From assembly GCA_027064305.1 (NCBI GenBank), contig JAMOPY010000017.1, forward strand, positions 1 to 37,089: a stretch of DNA of 37,089 nucleotides, written 5' to 3'. The stretch is from Methanobacteriota archaeon. GTDB lineage: Archaea > JAADCQ01 > Methanopyri > Methanopyrales > Methanopyraceae. Below, in pieces: positions 17,083-26,927 of this stretch. A model generated the notes under the pieces. It saw only the letters and a list, made by a program, of their open reading frames with translations. It did not search any database and had not been told where the DNA came from. Position numbers and translations under genes: made by a program. Position 1 is the first letter of the stretch; the number at the start of each line of letters is the position of its first letter.

Positions 17083-17634
17083 CTACTCCCACCACTCGGG
17101 CTTGCCGAGCCCGGGCTTCTTCACGGTCAGCGCGATCTTGGAGTCGCGCGGGCGCTCCTCGTTCAGGCTGACGCCGATGATCATGACCTTGATGACGTCG
17201 CCCTTCTTGAGCTCGCGCCCCGTCTCCTCGCCCACGAGCGCCTCTCGGGCGCCGTCGTAGTACATGTACTCGTCCAGGATCTGGGACACGTGGAGGAGCC
17301 CGTCCAGGGGCCCGAGCCGGACGAAGGCCCCGTACTCTTTCACCCGGGTGACCTCGCCGACGGTCACCTCGCGCTCCTCGGGGCGGAAGACGAGGGCGCG
17401 GAAGCGGACGCGGTGGTAGGCGGCGCCGTCGCCGGGGAACACGCCCTCGTCCTCGATGTCCAGGACCTCGTCCACGAGCACGACGAACCCGATGGGCTCG
17501 CCGGAGTCGTCCTCCTTGAACAGCCGGCCCTCCACGTCGTTCTCCAGGGCCTTGAGCACGGCCTCCTCCACGTCGGAGGTGAAGTGGGAGGGCGGGATGC
17601 GGACCGTGGTCTCGAGCTCGACGTACTCGTACAA
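17083..17634 (-). CDS. rpoE1: DNA-directed RNA polymerase subunit E' (Rpo7)
   Basis: VRIPP, PGDGAAY, GAFVRLGPLDGLLHVSQI, PGLGKPEW; TTG at 17634. Confidence 0.96.
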   Translation of the reverse strand: MYEYVELETTVRIPPSHFTSDVEEAVLKALENDVEGRLFKEDDSGEPIGFVVLVDEVLDIEDEGVFPGDGAAYHRVRFRALVFRPEEREVTVGEVTRVKEYGAFVRLGPLDGLLHVSQILDEYMYYDGAREALVGEETGRELKKGDVIKVMIIGVSLNEERPRDSKIALTVKKPGLGKPEWWE

Positions 17635-17641
17635 GGGCGGT

Positions 17642-18172
17642 TCACCCGTGCTCCTCCTCGTACAGCTCCATCGCGTGGACGATGGCCTCCTTCGCCGCGT
17701 CGGCACCCTCCCAGCCCTGGACCTCGGTCTCCTTGCCCTCCAGGGTCTTGTACTCTGAGAACATGTGGGCGATCTCGTCCAGCAGGTGCTTGGGCACGTC
17801 GTCGAGGTCCTTCACGTCCCGGAAGCGCGGGTCCTCGGTCGGAACGGCTAGGACCTTGTCATCCTGCTCGCCCTTGTCGAGCATCCGCATGAGGCCGATG
17901 GGCCGGGCCTCGATCACGCAGCCGGGGAAGGTGGGGTCCTGCATGATCACGAGGATGTCGAGCGGGTCGCCGTCGTCGTACAGGGTCCTCGGGATGAAGC
18001 CGTAGTCGAGCGGGTAGTGGAACGGGGAGTACAGGACGCGGTCGAGCTTGAAGTAGCCCTCCTCCTCAACGTACTCGTACTTGTTCCGGGACCCGCGCGG
18101 GATCTCGATCACCGCGTACACGACGTCCGGCGGGTTGGGACCCGGTTCCAGGTCCTTCCACAGGTTGATCAA
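17642..18172 (-). CDS. ppa: Inorganic pyrophosphatase (family I)
   Basis: [28 protein letters not shown]. Confidence 0.98.
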   Translation of the reverse strand: MINLWKDLEPGPNPPDVVYAVIEIPRGSRNKYEYVEEEGYFKLDRVLYSPFHYPLDYGFIPRTLYDDGDPLDILVIMQDPTFPGCVIEARPIGLMRMLDKGEQDDKVLAVPTEDPRFRDVKDLDDVPKHLLDEIAHMFSEYKTLEGKETEVQGWEGADAAKEAIVHAMELYEEEHG

Positions 18173-18766
18173 TCATCCCTCCCCCAGGCGCTTTGACAGG
18201 ATCTCGCGCCAGGAGCGTCCCAGGGCGAGGTCGGTGCGGATTCGGTCCTCCAGCTCGAGCACCTCGCGGGCGGCCTCCAGAACGTCGTCCCAGGCCTCCT
18301 CCGGGACCACCACGGCCCCGCTCTCGTCCGCAATTATAACGTCACCGGGTTTGACCTCGACCCCGCCGATGTACACCGGAACGTTGATTTCCCCGGAGCG
18401 GCGGGGCGTGCCGGCCCGGGGGACGACGCCGCGACCGAAGACGGTGTAGCCCAGCTCGCGGATGTCGTCCAGGTCCCGCACCATCCCGTCCACGATCGTG
18501 CCGGCGAGGCCCTTGCGCTTGGCGGAGAGGGAGGAGAGGCCGCCCCAGTAGGCCCGGCGCCGGTCCCGGGTGGAGACGACGAGCACGTCGCCCTCCTCGG
18601 CCTCGTCGATGGCCTCGACGACGATCCCCCAGTCCGTGCCCTCCACGCGGACGGTGACCGCGCGACCGCAGATGGGGACGGGTCCGGCCAGGTGGCGGAT
18701 GCCCGGGAGCGCGTAGCGTTTGCCCAGCGCGTCGCTCACGGCCGGGGAGGGGGGCACCCGGGTCAA
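18173..18766 (-). CDS. RraA-family protein (HMG aldolase-like)
   Basis: VSDAL, GRAVTV, AYWGG, DGMVRD, PGDVIIADESG. Confidence 0.9.
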   Translation of the reverse strand: MTRVPPSPAVSDALGKRYALPGIRHLAGPVPICGRAVTVRVEGTDWGIVVEAIDEAEEGDVLVVSTRDRRRAYWGGLSSLSAKRKGLAGTIVDGMVRDLDDIRELGYTVFGRGVVPRAGTPRRSGEINVPVYIGGVEVKPGDVIIADESGAVVVPEEAWDDVLEAAREVLELEDRIRTDLALGRSWREILSKRLGEG

Positions 18767-18770
18767 CCGG

Positions 18771-19178
18771 TCAGCCCCGCTCCACCACCAGGTGGGTGCG
18801 TTGCCGCAGGGTGATCACGGGCACCCCGAGCCTCAGCACCCGCTTCTTCAGCTCCTTGTCCCGGGTGGCCACGTACACGCGCTCGTCGCCCCGGAGTCGG
18901 CGGGCCAGGTTGAGGATGGCCTCGTCCCCGTCGCGCCCCTCCACCTCGACGATCCTCGCGTCCAGGCGGGGGTGTTCCAGGAGCTGCAGGGCCACGTTGG
19001 CGGCGATCCGATCCCGCCCGGTGGCTCGTCGGCGGATCCGCTTCACCTCCTCGACGACCTGCCGGGGTACCAGGAGGACGTAGGAGCCGAGGAGCCGGTC
19101 GAGCTCCGAGAGGAGGTTCACGCCCTCTTGATGCGGGATCATGAGGAAGTTGGCGTCGGCGATGACCCGGGGTCGCAC
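18771..19178 (-). CDS. PIN-domain RNase (Fcf1/Utp24-like)
   Basis: IADANFL, VVEE, GDEAI, VATRDKEL; conserved position after aIF2gamma. Confidence 0.88.
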   Translation of the reverse strand: MRPRVIADANFLMIPHQEGVNLLSELDRLLGSYVLLVPRQVVEEVKRIRRRATGRDRIAANVALQLLEHPRLDARIVEVEGRDGDEAILNLARRLRGDERVYVATRDKELKKRVLRLGVPVITLRQRTHLVVERG

Positions 19179-19184
19179 GCCCCC

Positions 19185-20453
19185 TCACCCTTTGATCACG
19201 CCGTGCCCGATGAGCCGCCAGCGCTGGATCCTCCGGCTGATCGCGACCCGGTCCCCCTCCTCCGCGCAGACCGGTTGCTTGAGTTTGATCTCCACCTCGT
19301 CGTCCCGGGCGCTCGTGACCACGCCCACCGTCGTGGCGGTGCCCACGGTGAGCATCAGGACCTCGTTGGTGCGGATGGGCTCGACCTTGCGCTGCTCCTC
19401 GGTGCCCACCACGCGCTCCAGGAGCTCTACGTCCAGGAGCAGCTCGTCGCGGACCGGGGGCAGCGTGTCCGGCTCCCCGGCGACCTGGCCCGACAGCCGG
19501 TCGGCCTTGGTCATCGCGGGGTCCAGCTTGGTCCCGATGCCCACCAGGCCGCCCGGCCGGGCCCGCTCCACCGGGGTCACGTTGGCGTGCAGGCTGACGA
19601 CCTCGGTGTGGATGGGCTCCCACTCCTCGCGCCCGTACCGCTCCACCCGCCGGCCGGGGCGGATCTCGATCTCGTCCCCGATCTCCACCTCACCCTGCAC
19701 GATGGCGCCGCCGATGACGCCGCCCTTCAGGTCCTCCGGGCGCGTGCCGGGCTTGTTCACGTCGAAGGAGCGGGCGATGTACATGCGGAAGGGTGACTTG
19801 GTGTCGTGCTCGGGCGGCTCGAAGTGCTCGTACATGGCCTCGACGAGGACGTCCAGGTTGGCCCCGTGCTGGGCGGAGATGGGGATGATCGGGGTCTCGT
19901 CGGGGTCCAGGTGCGTCTCCTCCTCCAGGAACTCCACGATCTGCTCGTAGTGCTCCCGGGCCTCCTCGGGCGTCACGAGGTCGATCTTGTTCTGGACGAC
20001 GATAACGTCCCGCGTGCCGATGATCTCGAGGGCCATCAGGTGCTCGCGGGTCTGCGGCTGGGGGCAGGGCTCGTTCGCCGCGATGACCAGGATGGCCGCG
20101 TCCATGATCGCGGCGCCGGAGAGCATCGTCGCCATCAGCGTCTCGTGGCCCGGGGAGTCGACGAAGGAGACTCGCCGAAGCCACTCCGTCTCGGCGCCGC
20201 ACTCGGGGCACTTCTCCTCCACGGAGTACGTCCCGCACTCCGGGCACCGGGTGAGCACGGTGTCCGCGTAGCCCAGCCGGATGGAGATGCCCCGCCGCGT
20301 CTCCTCGCTGTGCGTGTCCGTCCAGACGCCGGACAGGGCCTTGGTGAGCGTCGTCTTACCGTGGTCCACGTGACCCACCATGCCGATGTTCATCTCCGCC
20401 TGCTGGAACCGCTCGTCCTCCACGTGACGGAGGTCGATGGGCACGGTGACCAC
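19185..20453 (-). CDS. eif2g: Translation initiation factor 2 gamma subunit
   Basis: [18 protein letters not shown], Zn ribbon, [20 protein letters not shown]. Confidence 0.98.
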   Translation of the reverse strand: MVTVPIDLRHVEDERFQQAEMNIGMVGHVDHGKTTLTKALSGVWTDTHSEETRRGISIRLGYADTVLTRCPECGTYSVEEKCPECGAETEWLRRVSFVDSPGHETLMATMLSGAAIMDAAILVIAANEPCPQPQTREHLMALEIIGTRDVIVVQNKIDLVTPEEAREHYEQIVEFLEEETHLDPDETPIIPISAQHGANLDVLVEAMYEHFEPPEHDTKSPFRMYIARSFDVNKPGTRPEDLKGGVIGGAIVQGEVEIGDEIEIRPGRRVERYGREEWEPIHTEVVSLHANVTPVERARPGGLVGIGTKLDPAMTKADRLSGQVAGEPDTLPPVRDELLLDVELLERVVGTEEQRKVEPIRTNEVLMLTVGTATTVGVVTSARDDEVEIKLKQPVCAEEGDRVAISRRIQRWRLIGHGVIKG

Positions 20454-20459
20454 CCGCGG

Positions 20460-20855
20460 TTACTCCTCCTCACCACCCTCGCCCAGCAGCTCCTCGACGG
20501 GCTTCTCCCCGTACTCGACGATGACCGTGTTCACCTGCACGATGTCCTCGCTGATGGTGTTACCGCGCACGGTCTTGCGCCGCCGCTCGCCCTTGCGGCG
20601 CGGCCGGAACCCCGGGGGCCCGTCGAGCAGCACCCGGTGCCGACCCGCCCCGTGGATGTCCGGGCGCATCGGAAACCCATCCTTATCCGTGCCGCCGGTG
20701 ATCCTGAGCTTGTACCCGGGCAGCCCCACGATCTCGCCGTTGATAACGTCCCCGATCCGCTTCCCGATCAACCGCTCCGCGTCCTCACCCTCCAGCGTGA
20801 CCTGGTAGGAACGACCCTTCTCCGGGTCGGCGACGACCACCTTGAACTCGGGCAT
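20460..20855 (-). CDS. rps6e: 30S ribosomal protein S6e (eS6)
   Basis: [12 protein letters not shown]...[10 protein letters not shown]. Confidence 0.98.
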   Translation of the reverse strand: MPEFKVVVADPEKGRSYQVTLEGEDAERLIGKRIGDVINGEIVGLPGYKLRITGGTDKDGFPMRPDIHGAGRHRVLLDGPPGFRPRRKGERRRKTVRGNTISEDIVQVNTVIVEYGEKPVEELLGEGGEEE

Positions 20856-20889
20856 CGGCCCGCACCCCCGACGCGCGACCCCGGCCGCA

Positions 20890-20928
20890 CTTTAAGTCTT
20901 GTACCGGAGTCCCGACGAAACTTCATAA
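20890..20928. promoter_or_regulatory. Divergent BRE/TATA-like elements for rps6e (-, AAGACTTAAAG 20890-20900) and rps28e (+, GAAACTTCATAA 20917-20928)
   Basis: Two AT-rich motifs, each about 35-40 nt from its start codon, in a divergent intergenic region. Confidence 0.55.
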
Positions 20929-20965
20929 CCCGGGACCGGTCGGTGCGGCCGGGGGGTTCGACCCG

Positions 20966-21190
20966 ATGGTGGAGTGCGACTACGATCCCACCGAGGACGC
21001 CACGCCGGCGGAGGTCGTGGAGATCCTGGGACGCACGGGCATGACCGGCGAGGTCACCCAGGTGAAGGTGAGGATCCTGGAGGGACCGGACAAGGGCCGG
21101 ATCATCACCCGGAACGTGAAGGGGCCGGTGCGCGAGGGAGACATCCTACTGCTCCGAGAGACCGAGCGCGAGGCCCGGCCCATCGAGTAA
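20966..21190 (+). CDS. rps28e: 30S ribosomal protein S28e (eS28)
   Basis: [12 protein letters not shown]...[11 protein letters not shown]...ETEREAR. Confidence 0.97.
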   Translation: MVECDYDPTEDATPAEVVEILGRTGMTGEVTQVKVRILEGPDKGRIITRNVKGPVREGDILLLRETEREARPIE

Positions 21191-21205
21191 CGGGGGCCTC
21201 CCACC

Positions 21206-21412
21206 GTGCCGGAGCTGCGGAGGTGCGACTTCTGCGGCCGCGTCATCGAGCCCGGCACCGGCAAGATGTTCGTGAAGAACGACGGCACCATCCTGTGGTT
21301 CTGCTCCAGCAAGTGCGAGCGGAACATGCTGAAGCTGGAGCGGGACCCGAAGAAGGTGCGGTGGACCGAGCGGTACCGGGAGTTCAGGGCCGAGCAGCGG
21401 GGAGAGCTCTAA
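21206..21412 (+). CDS. rpl24e: 50S ribosomal protein L24e (eL24)
   Basis: CDFCG.VIEPGTG...FCSSKC...WT. Confidence 0.97.
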   Translation: MPELRRCDFCGRVIEPGTGKMFVKNDGTILWFCSSKCERNMLKLERDPKKVRWTERYREFRAEQRGEL

Positions 21413-22524
21413 CCCCACCAGTGCCGCTCCAGCACCCCGGCGGACCTTAGGACCTCCTCCAGATCCTCCTCCACGCCCTCCAGGAACTCCAGCACTTCTT
21501 CCATGCTCACGCTCACCGCCACCTCCGCCGCCTCCCGGGCCGCCTCGAACGTCTCGCTCAGCTCCTTCTCCCAGCGCTCCTGATACTCCTTAAGCCGCGC
21601 CGCGGACGGGTCCCCCTCGCTCGCCGCCTCCGCCGCCACCTCCCCCGCGATCCGACCGCAGATCAGGGCCGCGTTCAGACCGCCCCCGGTGAGCGGGTTC
21701 ACCTGCCGGGCCGCGTCCCCCACCACGAGGATCCCATCATCGTACGTCCGCTCCAACGGCCCGCACACCGGCACCCCACCCACGTTCAACTCCACCGGCC
21801 GCGCGTCCTCCACGAGCCTCGAGAGCGGGCCGCGAAGCAGTTCGTCCAGCAGCCTCCTGGGCCTCCGTCCCCGGCAGCCCACGCCCACGTTGGCCCGACC
21901 CGCGCCCTTCGGGAACGTCCAGGCGTACCCGCCGGGGATGCGGTCCGGGTCGAACAGGATGGTGAAGGCGTCCTCGTACCGGACCCTGCCCACCACCTCG
22001 TACTGGGCGCAGGTGCAGAGCTCGTCCGGCTTCAGCGGGGGAACGAGCCCCGCGCTCCGTCCGACCCGCGACTCGATCCCGTCCGCCGCGATCACCACCT
22101 CGGCACGCACGTGCCCCTCAGAGGTTTTGACGCCCGCCACGCGCCCGTCCTCTCGGAGCACCCCTCGGGCCTCCGTCAGCAGCCGGAGCTCGGCCCCCTC
22201 CTCCACCGCGCGCGCCGCGAGCCACCGATCGAACAGCTTCCGCTCCAGGACGTACCCGTGAACGCCCTCGGCCTCGAACGTGCGCAGCCCGTCGGGCGAC
22301 GGCACGGCCAGGATCCCGCGACGAATCTCCTGGGCGATCCAGGGCCCGTCCGTGGGCACCTCGGCCTCACGGAGGGCCCGGGCGCTGATGCCCTCGGCGC
22401 ACTGTTTGGGCACGCCGATCTCGGCGCGGCGTTCGAGGATCAGGACGTCGCAGCCCGCCCGCGCGGCCGCCCACGCGGCCATCGACCCGGCCGGACCCGC
22501 CCCCACCACGACCACGTCGTGCAC
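21409..22524 (-). CDS. Geranylgeranyl reductase-family FAD oxidoreductase
   Basis: VGAGPAGS, KQCAEG, ADG, PGGYAWTFP (PxxYxWxFP), VGDAA, GGG. Confidence 0.92.
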   Translation of the reverse strand: MHDVVVVGAGPAGSMAAWAAARAGCDVLILERRAEIGVPKQCAEGISARALREAEVPTDGPWIAQEIRRGILAVPSPDGLRTFEAEGVHGYVLERKLFDRWLAARAVEEGAELRLLTEARGVLREDGRVAGVKTSEGHVRAEVVIAADGIESRVGRSAGLVPPLKPDELCTCAQYEVVGRVRYEDAFTILFDPDRIPGGYAWTFPKGAGRANVGVGCRGRRPRRLLDELLRGPLSRLVEDARPVELNVGGVPVCGPLERTYDDGILVVGDAARQVNPLTGGGLNAALICGRIAGEVAAEAASEGDPSAARLKEYQERWEKELSETFEAAREAAEVAVSVSMEEVLEFLEGVEEDLEEVLRSAGVLERHWWG

Positions 22525-22539
22525 GGTCGGTCACCGCCG

Positions 22540-22605
22540 GGAATCAGGTGGGACCGGGAGCTCGTCATCGGTCCCGTTCTCGGCTATTGGGCCTCTCATC
22601 ACTCG
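22540..22605 (-). ncRNA. Box C/D guide sRNA (sRNA-D) with two 16S guides
   Basis: GTGATGA(C, contains the radA stop)-GAGGCCCAATAG-CCGA(D')-GAACGGGACCG-ATGACGA(C')-GCTCCCGGTCCCAC-CTGA(D). Guides pair with archaeal 16S UAUUGGGCCU and UGGGACCGGGAG. Confidence 0.92.
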
Positions 22606-23564
22606 GTCTGGAGGTCTCGGATGCCCTCCTTGGTGATTCGGAAGGGGGCCTCCCTCTGGGGCAGGTAGGGGGAGTCGATCACTCGGGCGATGCGGACCTC
22701 GCCCTTGGCGCGCCGCAGCATGATCCGGTGGGTGGCTTGGTGGGCGACGATCGTGCCGCCCACGGGCTCGTACTTGCGGCCCCTTCCCTTCGTGGCGGCC
22801 TCCACGTCGACGTGGACCTGGTTCGTGAACACGACCGCCACGTCGTGATCGGTCGCGATCTTCCAGAGGTCCTTCACGTGGTTGGCGAGCATGGTCTGAC
22901 GCTCCTTCACGTCCTTTAGCCGGGGGAACTCGGCCCGGAAGTGGGCGGTGAGGGAGTCCACGGCGACCAGGCCCACGTCCTCGCGCTCGCAGAGCTCGTA
23001 GGCCCGTTTGGCCGCCTGGAGCTGCTCCTCCACGGACCCGACCTGCGTGACGTAGATGTTCCGGAGGGCCTCGCCCGGGTCCAGTCCGGCGGCCTGCGCC
23101 ATCTGCTTGATGCGCTGGGGGGAGATCGTGCCCTCGGTGTCGATGAAAACGGCCTTGGCCTCCAGACCGCCCTCGGACTCTGGTAGCTGCACGTTAACGC
23201 AGAGCTGGAAGGCGATCTGGGTCTTGCCGGAGCCGAAGGGGCCGGCGAACTCGGTCAGCTCCCCGCAGCCGACGCCCCCGCCGAGGATCTCGTCGAGTGC
23301 GGAGGATCCGGTCGTGATCCGGTCCCGCTCGCGCTCGACCCGGTCCAGGGTGCGGAACTCCACCTCGTCCGCCTCGGCCACCGCGTCCCGCAGCTCATCC
23401 TGCAGGCTTTCCACCTCCTTCTCGGTCATGCCGGTCACCTCCGCCAGGTACTTCGGGTCCGCGTACACGAAGTCCTCGACGGTGAGGATGTCCTTCTCCT
23501 CAAGTCGCCGGATCACGTCCTCCGGCAGCAGGTCGAGCTCGTCCAGCCGGACCTCCCTACGCAC
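22599..23564 (-). CDS. radA: DNA repair and recombination protein RadA
   Basis: N-terminal HhH-like domain, ITTGS, Walker A GPFGSGKT, VNVQLP, IDTEG, VDSL, RVIDSPYLP. Confidence 0.92.
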   Translation of the reverse strand: MRREVRLDELDLLPEDVIRRLEEKDILTVEDFVYADPKYLAEVTGMTEKEVESLQDELRDAVAEADEVEFRTLDRVERERDRITTGSSALDEILGGGVGCGELTEFAGPFGSGKTQIAFQLCVNVQLPESEGGLEAKAVFIDTEGTISPQRIKQMAQAAGLDPGEALRNIYVTQVGSVEEQLQAAKRAYELCEREDVGLVAVDSLTAHFRAEFPRLKDVKERQTMLANHVKDLWKIATDHDVAVVFTNQVHVDVEAATKGRGRKYEPVGGTIVAHQATHRIMLRRAKGEVRIARVIDSPYLPQREAPFRITKEGIRDLQTE

Positions 23565-24813
23565 GCTCCTCCCCCTCCAGCTCTCGGAGGAGTAGGGACG
23601 CCTCTCGCTTCAAATCTTCATCGTCAAGCGTCTGCCCCCGGAGCGCCACCGCGTCGTAATCCTCCACCACGCCCTCGCCCCTCACCCGGACGACGACGGA
23701 CACGTTGGCCCCCAGCAGCCGCTCCCGGAGCGTCTCCTCCTCGGCCTCCAGGTACTCCTTCGGGCTCTCGCAGCCCGCGAGGTCCACGGCCAGGTCGCCG
23801 AAGAAGGCCACCCGGACCGTCCCGGTCCCGTCGTCCACGACGAGGTTGAGCACGGGCCGGCGCTCGGGCTCGACGGGGCCGTGCTCCGGGCACTCTCCGT
23901 CCCGGACCGCCCGACCGCACCGGGGGCAGGCCTCGTAGTACCGGCGCCGGGCGTACACCGCGACCACGACGCCGGAGATCTCCGCCACGTCCCCTTCCTT
24001 CAGCTCCCGCACCCGGCGCTTGATCGCCGGTCGGACGGAGACCTCCGCCGGCTTCACGAGCCCGTGGGTGCGGAGCACGTTGATCACCGGGGTGCCGCCC
24101 CGGGTCGAGACCCAGCCCTCCACGACGGCGCCCTGGCCGTACTCCAGCTCCAGCGCGCGCTCCGCCGCGTCCCCCCACGCGTTCACCCGGGCCGAGCCCT
24201 CCTCGTCCGAGAGCCAGAAGTGCACGCGCTCCCCGGTGTCGGTGGGCTCGCTGACGACGATCCCGCGGACGCGCACGTACTCCCCGTGCCGGAGCTCGGA
24301 CGTGGTCCGCTCGATCAGCCCCTCCGGGTCCTCGTGCTCGTCGATCACGCGCAGGCTCGTGTCCCGCTCCACCACGACCTGCGGGCTGCCGCGGAAGGCG
24401 GTCAGCCGCAGGTTCTCCCCGCGGACGACGTCCCCCTCCTCCAGCTCCCGCAGCCGCTCGACCGCCTCGTTGAAGGCCACGAGCGCGGCCGAGCGGGTCT
24501 CGTCGGCGATCACGGCCGTCGCCATCCGACCGCCGCTCTGGGTCTCGATGACCTCGGGGGCCCGAACCACCACGAACTCCGCGTCGAAGGACTTGAGCCC
24601 CTCCGAGATGGCCCGGTCCAGGGTGACGGGCTTCCGCTCCTCCTCGTTCGCCTCCATGAGGTCCACACCCAGCTCGGCGGCTAGCGCGAGCGCGGCTCCC
24701 TCCTCCGAGATCCCCCACCGGTCCCGCAGCTCGCGCACCCGCTCGATCAGCTCCTCGCGCGGGCGACCCGTGCGCCTCGCCAGCTTTTCAATCAGCTCGT
24801 CCACGTCGTACAT
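23557..24813 (-). CDS. rpa: Replication protein A (OB folds + Zn finger)
   Basis: ISEEGA N-terminal helix, DET/DEEG/DDGTG OB motifs, CPRC...CPEH; ATG at 24813; upstream of radA. Confidence 0.88.
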   Translation of the reverse strand: MYDVDELIEKLARRTGRPREELIERVRELRDRWGISEEGAALALAAELGVDLMEANEEERKPVTLDRAISEGLKSFDAEFVVVRAPEVIETQSGGRMATAVIADETRSAALVAFNEAVERLRELEEGDVVRGENLRLTAFRGSPQVVVERDTSLRVIDEHEDPEGLIERTTSELRHGEYVRVRGIVVSEPTDTGERVHFWLSDEEGSARVNAWGDAAERALELEYGQGAVVEGWVSTRGGTPVINVLRTHGLVKPAEVSVRPAIKRRVRELKEGDVAEISGVVVAVYARRRYYEACPRCGRAVRDGECPEHGPVEPERRPVLNLVVDDGTGTVRVAFFGDLAVDLAGCESPKEYLEAEEETLRERLLGANVSVVVRVRGEGVVEDYDAVALRGQTLDDEDLKREASLLLRELEGEERA

Positions 24814-24868
24814 GTCCCCACCCCCAGCTTTTTCAACGCCCGGTCGGGGCGGGCCGGGGGGTCGCGCC

Positions 24869-26131
24869 GTGGGCCGGGGCAAGACGATGGCGGAGAAGAT
24901 CCTCTCCCGGGCGTCGGGGGAGGACGCGGAGGCCGGGGACCTGGTGATCGCCGAGGTGGACGTGGCCATGGTGCACGACATCACGGGCCCGATCACGGTG
25001 CAGCGGCTGGAGGAGATGGGGGTGGACCGGGTCTGGGACCCGTCCCGGATCGTCGTGCTGTTCGATCACCAGGTGCCGGCGGACTCGGTCGAGGCGGCGG
25101 AGAATCATAAGATGATGAGGGAGTTCGTGCGGGAGCAGGGGATCGAGCACTTCTACGACGTGCGCGAGGGCATCTGCCACCAGGTCCTGCCGGAGAAGGG
25201 TCACGTGCGCCCGGGCGACGTGATCGTGGGGGCGGACTCGCACACCTGCACGCACGGGGCGCTGGGCGCCTTCGCCACGGGGATCGGGTCCACGGACATG
25301 GCGGCCGTCTTCGCCACCGGCCGGCTCTGGTTCCGGGTGCCGGAGACGTACCGGGTGGAGCTCGTGGGGGAGCCGCCGGAGGGCGTGTACGCCAAGGACG
25401 TGGTGCTGAAGGTGACGGGCGAGGTCGGCGCGGACGGGGCGACCTACATGGCCATCGAGTACCACGGTGAGGTCGTGGAGAACATGAGCGTTTCCGATCG
25501 GATGTGCCTGTGCAACATGGCCATCGAGATGGGCGCCAAGACGGGCCTCGTGCCGCCGGACGAGCGGACGCTGCGGTACGTCCGGGAGCGCGCCGGGGAC
25601 GAGGGCCGCCCGGTGCGACCGGACCCGGACGCGCGGTACGAGACGGAGCTGCGGCTCGACGTCTCGGACCTGGACCCGCAGGTGGCCCGACCCTCGAGCC
25701 CGGACAACGTGGTCCCCGTGCACGAGGTGGAGGGGACCGCCATCGACCAGGTGTTCATCGGCTCGTGCACGAACGGCCGGCTCAACGACCTGCGCGTGGC
25801 GGCGGAGATCCTGAAGGGAGAGGAGGTGCACGACGACGTCCGGCTGATCGTGATCCCGGCGTCCCGGGAGGTGTACTCCCGGGCGCTGAAGGAGGGGATC
25901 CTCGAGGTGCTGCACGACGCGGGCGCCCTCATCTGCCCGCCCACGTGCGGCCCGTGCCTCGGAGGTCACATGGGCGTGCTGGCCGAGGGCGAGCGGTGCC
26001 TGGCCACGTCCAACCGGAACTTCCCGGGCCGGATGGGGCACCGGGAGTCGGAGGTGTACCTGGCCAGCCCGGCCACGGCCGCCGCGAGCGCCATCGAGGG
26101 GGAGATCACGGACCCGCGGCGCTACCTGTGA
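24869..26131 (+). CDS. leuC: Isopropylmalate/citramalate isomerase large subunit
   Basis: [52 protein letters not shown]; start trimmed to GTG 24869 (alternative ATG 24887). Confidence 0.93.
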   Translation: MGRGKTMAEKILSRASGEDAEAGDLVIAEVDVAMVHDITGPITVQRLEEMGVDRVWDPSRIVVLFDHQVPADSVEAAENHKMMREFVREQGIEHFYDVREGICHQVLPEKGHVRPGDVIVGADSHTCTHGALGAFATGIGSTDMAAVFATGRLWFRVPETYRVELVGEPPEGVYAKDVVLKVTGEVGADGATYMAIEYHGEVVENMSVSDRMCLCNMAIEMGAKTGLVPPDERTLRYVRERAGDEGRPVRPDPDARYETELRLDVSDLDPQVARPSSPDNVVPVHEVEGTAIDQVFIGSCTNGRLNDLRVAAEILKGEEVHDDVRLIVIPASREVYSRALKEGILEVLHDAGALICPPTCGPCLGGHMGVLAEGERCLATSNRNFPGRMGHRESEVYLASPATAAASAIEGEITDPRRYL

Positions 26132-26144
26132 CGGGGCCTCCCCC

Positions 26145-26927
26145 TTGCCCCGGATCGTGCCCGTCTCCCTCCCCTACCTCGAGGAGCACCTGCGGATGCG
26201 CCCCTCCCGGGTCGTCATCCCCAGCACGCGGTACATCATGGAGGTGGTGAGGGACCTCCGGGCCCCCTGGCGCGGGGAGATCCTGGACGCGGGCGCGGGC
26301 TGCGGCTCGTTCGCGATCGCGGCGGCGGCCCTGGGCCCGTACACCGTGTACGCCGTCGAGCCGGACCCCGATCACGTGGCCGCCCTCGCGGAGAACGTCG
26401 CGGAGAACGCGGGGCTGCTGGAGGGCGACGTGCTGCCGATGGAGTGCGGGATCGAGGACTTCCGGGGCCGCGTGGACGAGGTCCTCACCGACCCGCCGTG
26501 GGGGATCAGGAGCGGGGTCTCCCGGCGGCCGAGCCTCGAGGCGGTCCGGGGGTTCCTCGAACGCTGCCTGGATTCCATTAAGGAAAGCACGGGAAGGATC
26601 GTCACCCGCTGCCCCCCGGAGTTCATCGAGGATCTCGAGGGGTTCATGCGGGAGCACGGGATGCTGCTGGACCGGGTGAAGCGGAGGCACAAGGCCGCGG
26701 TCCTCGTCTTCCGGTCCGAGGCGCACCGTGACTACCACCCGGACCGGGAGAGCGCGCTCGACGCCGCCCGGGGCGAGCCGGTGATCGTGGGTGAGGGGGG
26801 CCGGCTGGACCCGGACGCGAGGCGCTACAGCCTGATCACGGGGTACGAGAGTGGGTGGCACGTCTGGGAGGTCCCCAACACGGATCGGGTGAGGGCGTTC
26901 CTGAGGGGGTTCCTCCGCCGTGGGTAG
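26145..26927 (+). CDS. Class I SAM-dependent methyltransferase (DPPW amino-MTase motif)
   Basis: ILDAGAGCG motif I, acidic AVE motif II, TDPPWG motif IV. Confidence 0.85.
   Translation: MPRIVPVSLPYLEEHLRMRPSRVVIPSTRYIMEVVRDLRAPWRGEILDAGAGCGSFAIAAAALGPYTVYAVEPDPDHVAALAENVAENAGLLEGDVLPMECGIEDFRGRVDEVLTDPPWGIRSGVSRRPSLEAVRGFLERCLDSIKESTGRIVTRCPPEFIEDLEGFMREHGMLLDRVKRRHKAAVLVFRSEAHRDYHPDRESALDAARGEPVIVGEGGRLDPDARRYSLITGYESGWHVWEVPNTDRVRAFLRGFLRRG

Noticed and set aside
24780-24837. Direct repeat CCAGCTTTT(T)CAA at the rpa/leuC divergence
   Set aside because: One copy is rpa coding sequence (IEKL) and the other is plausibly a TATA-like element. Too short to call an operator.
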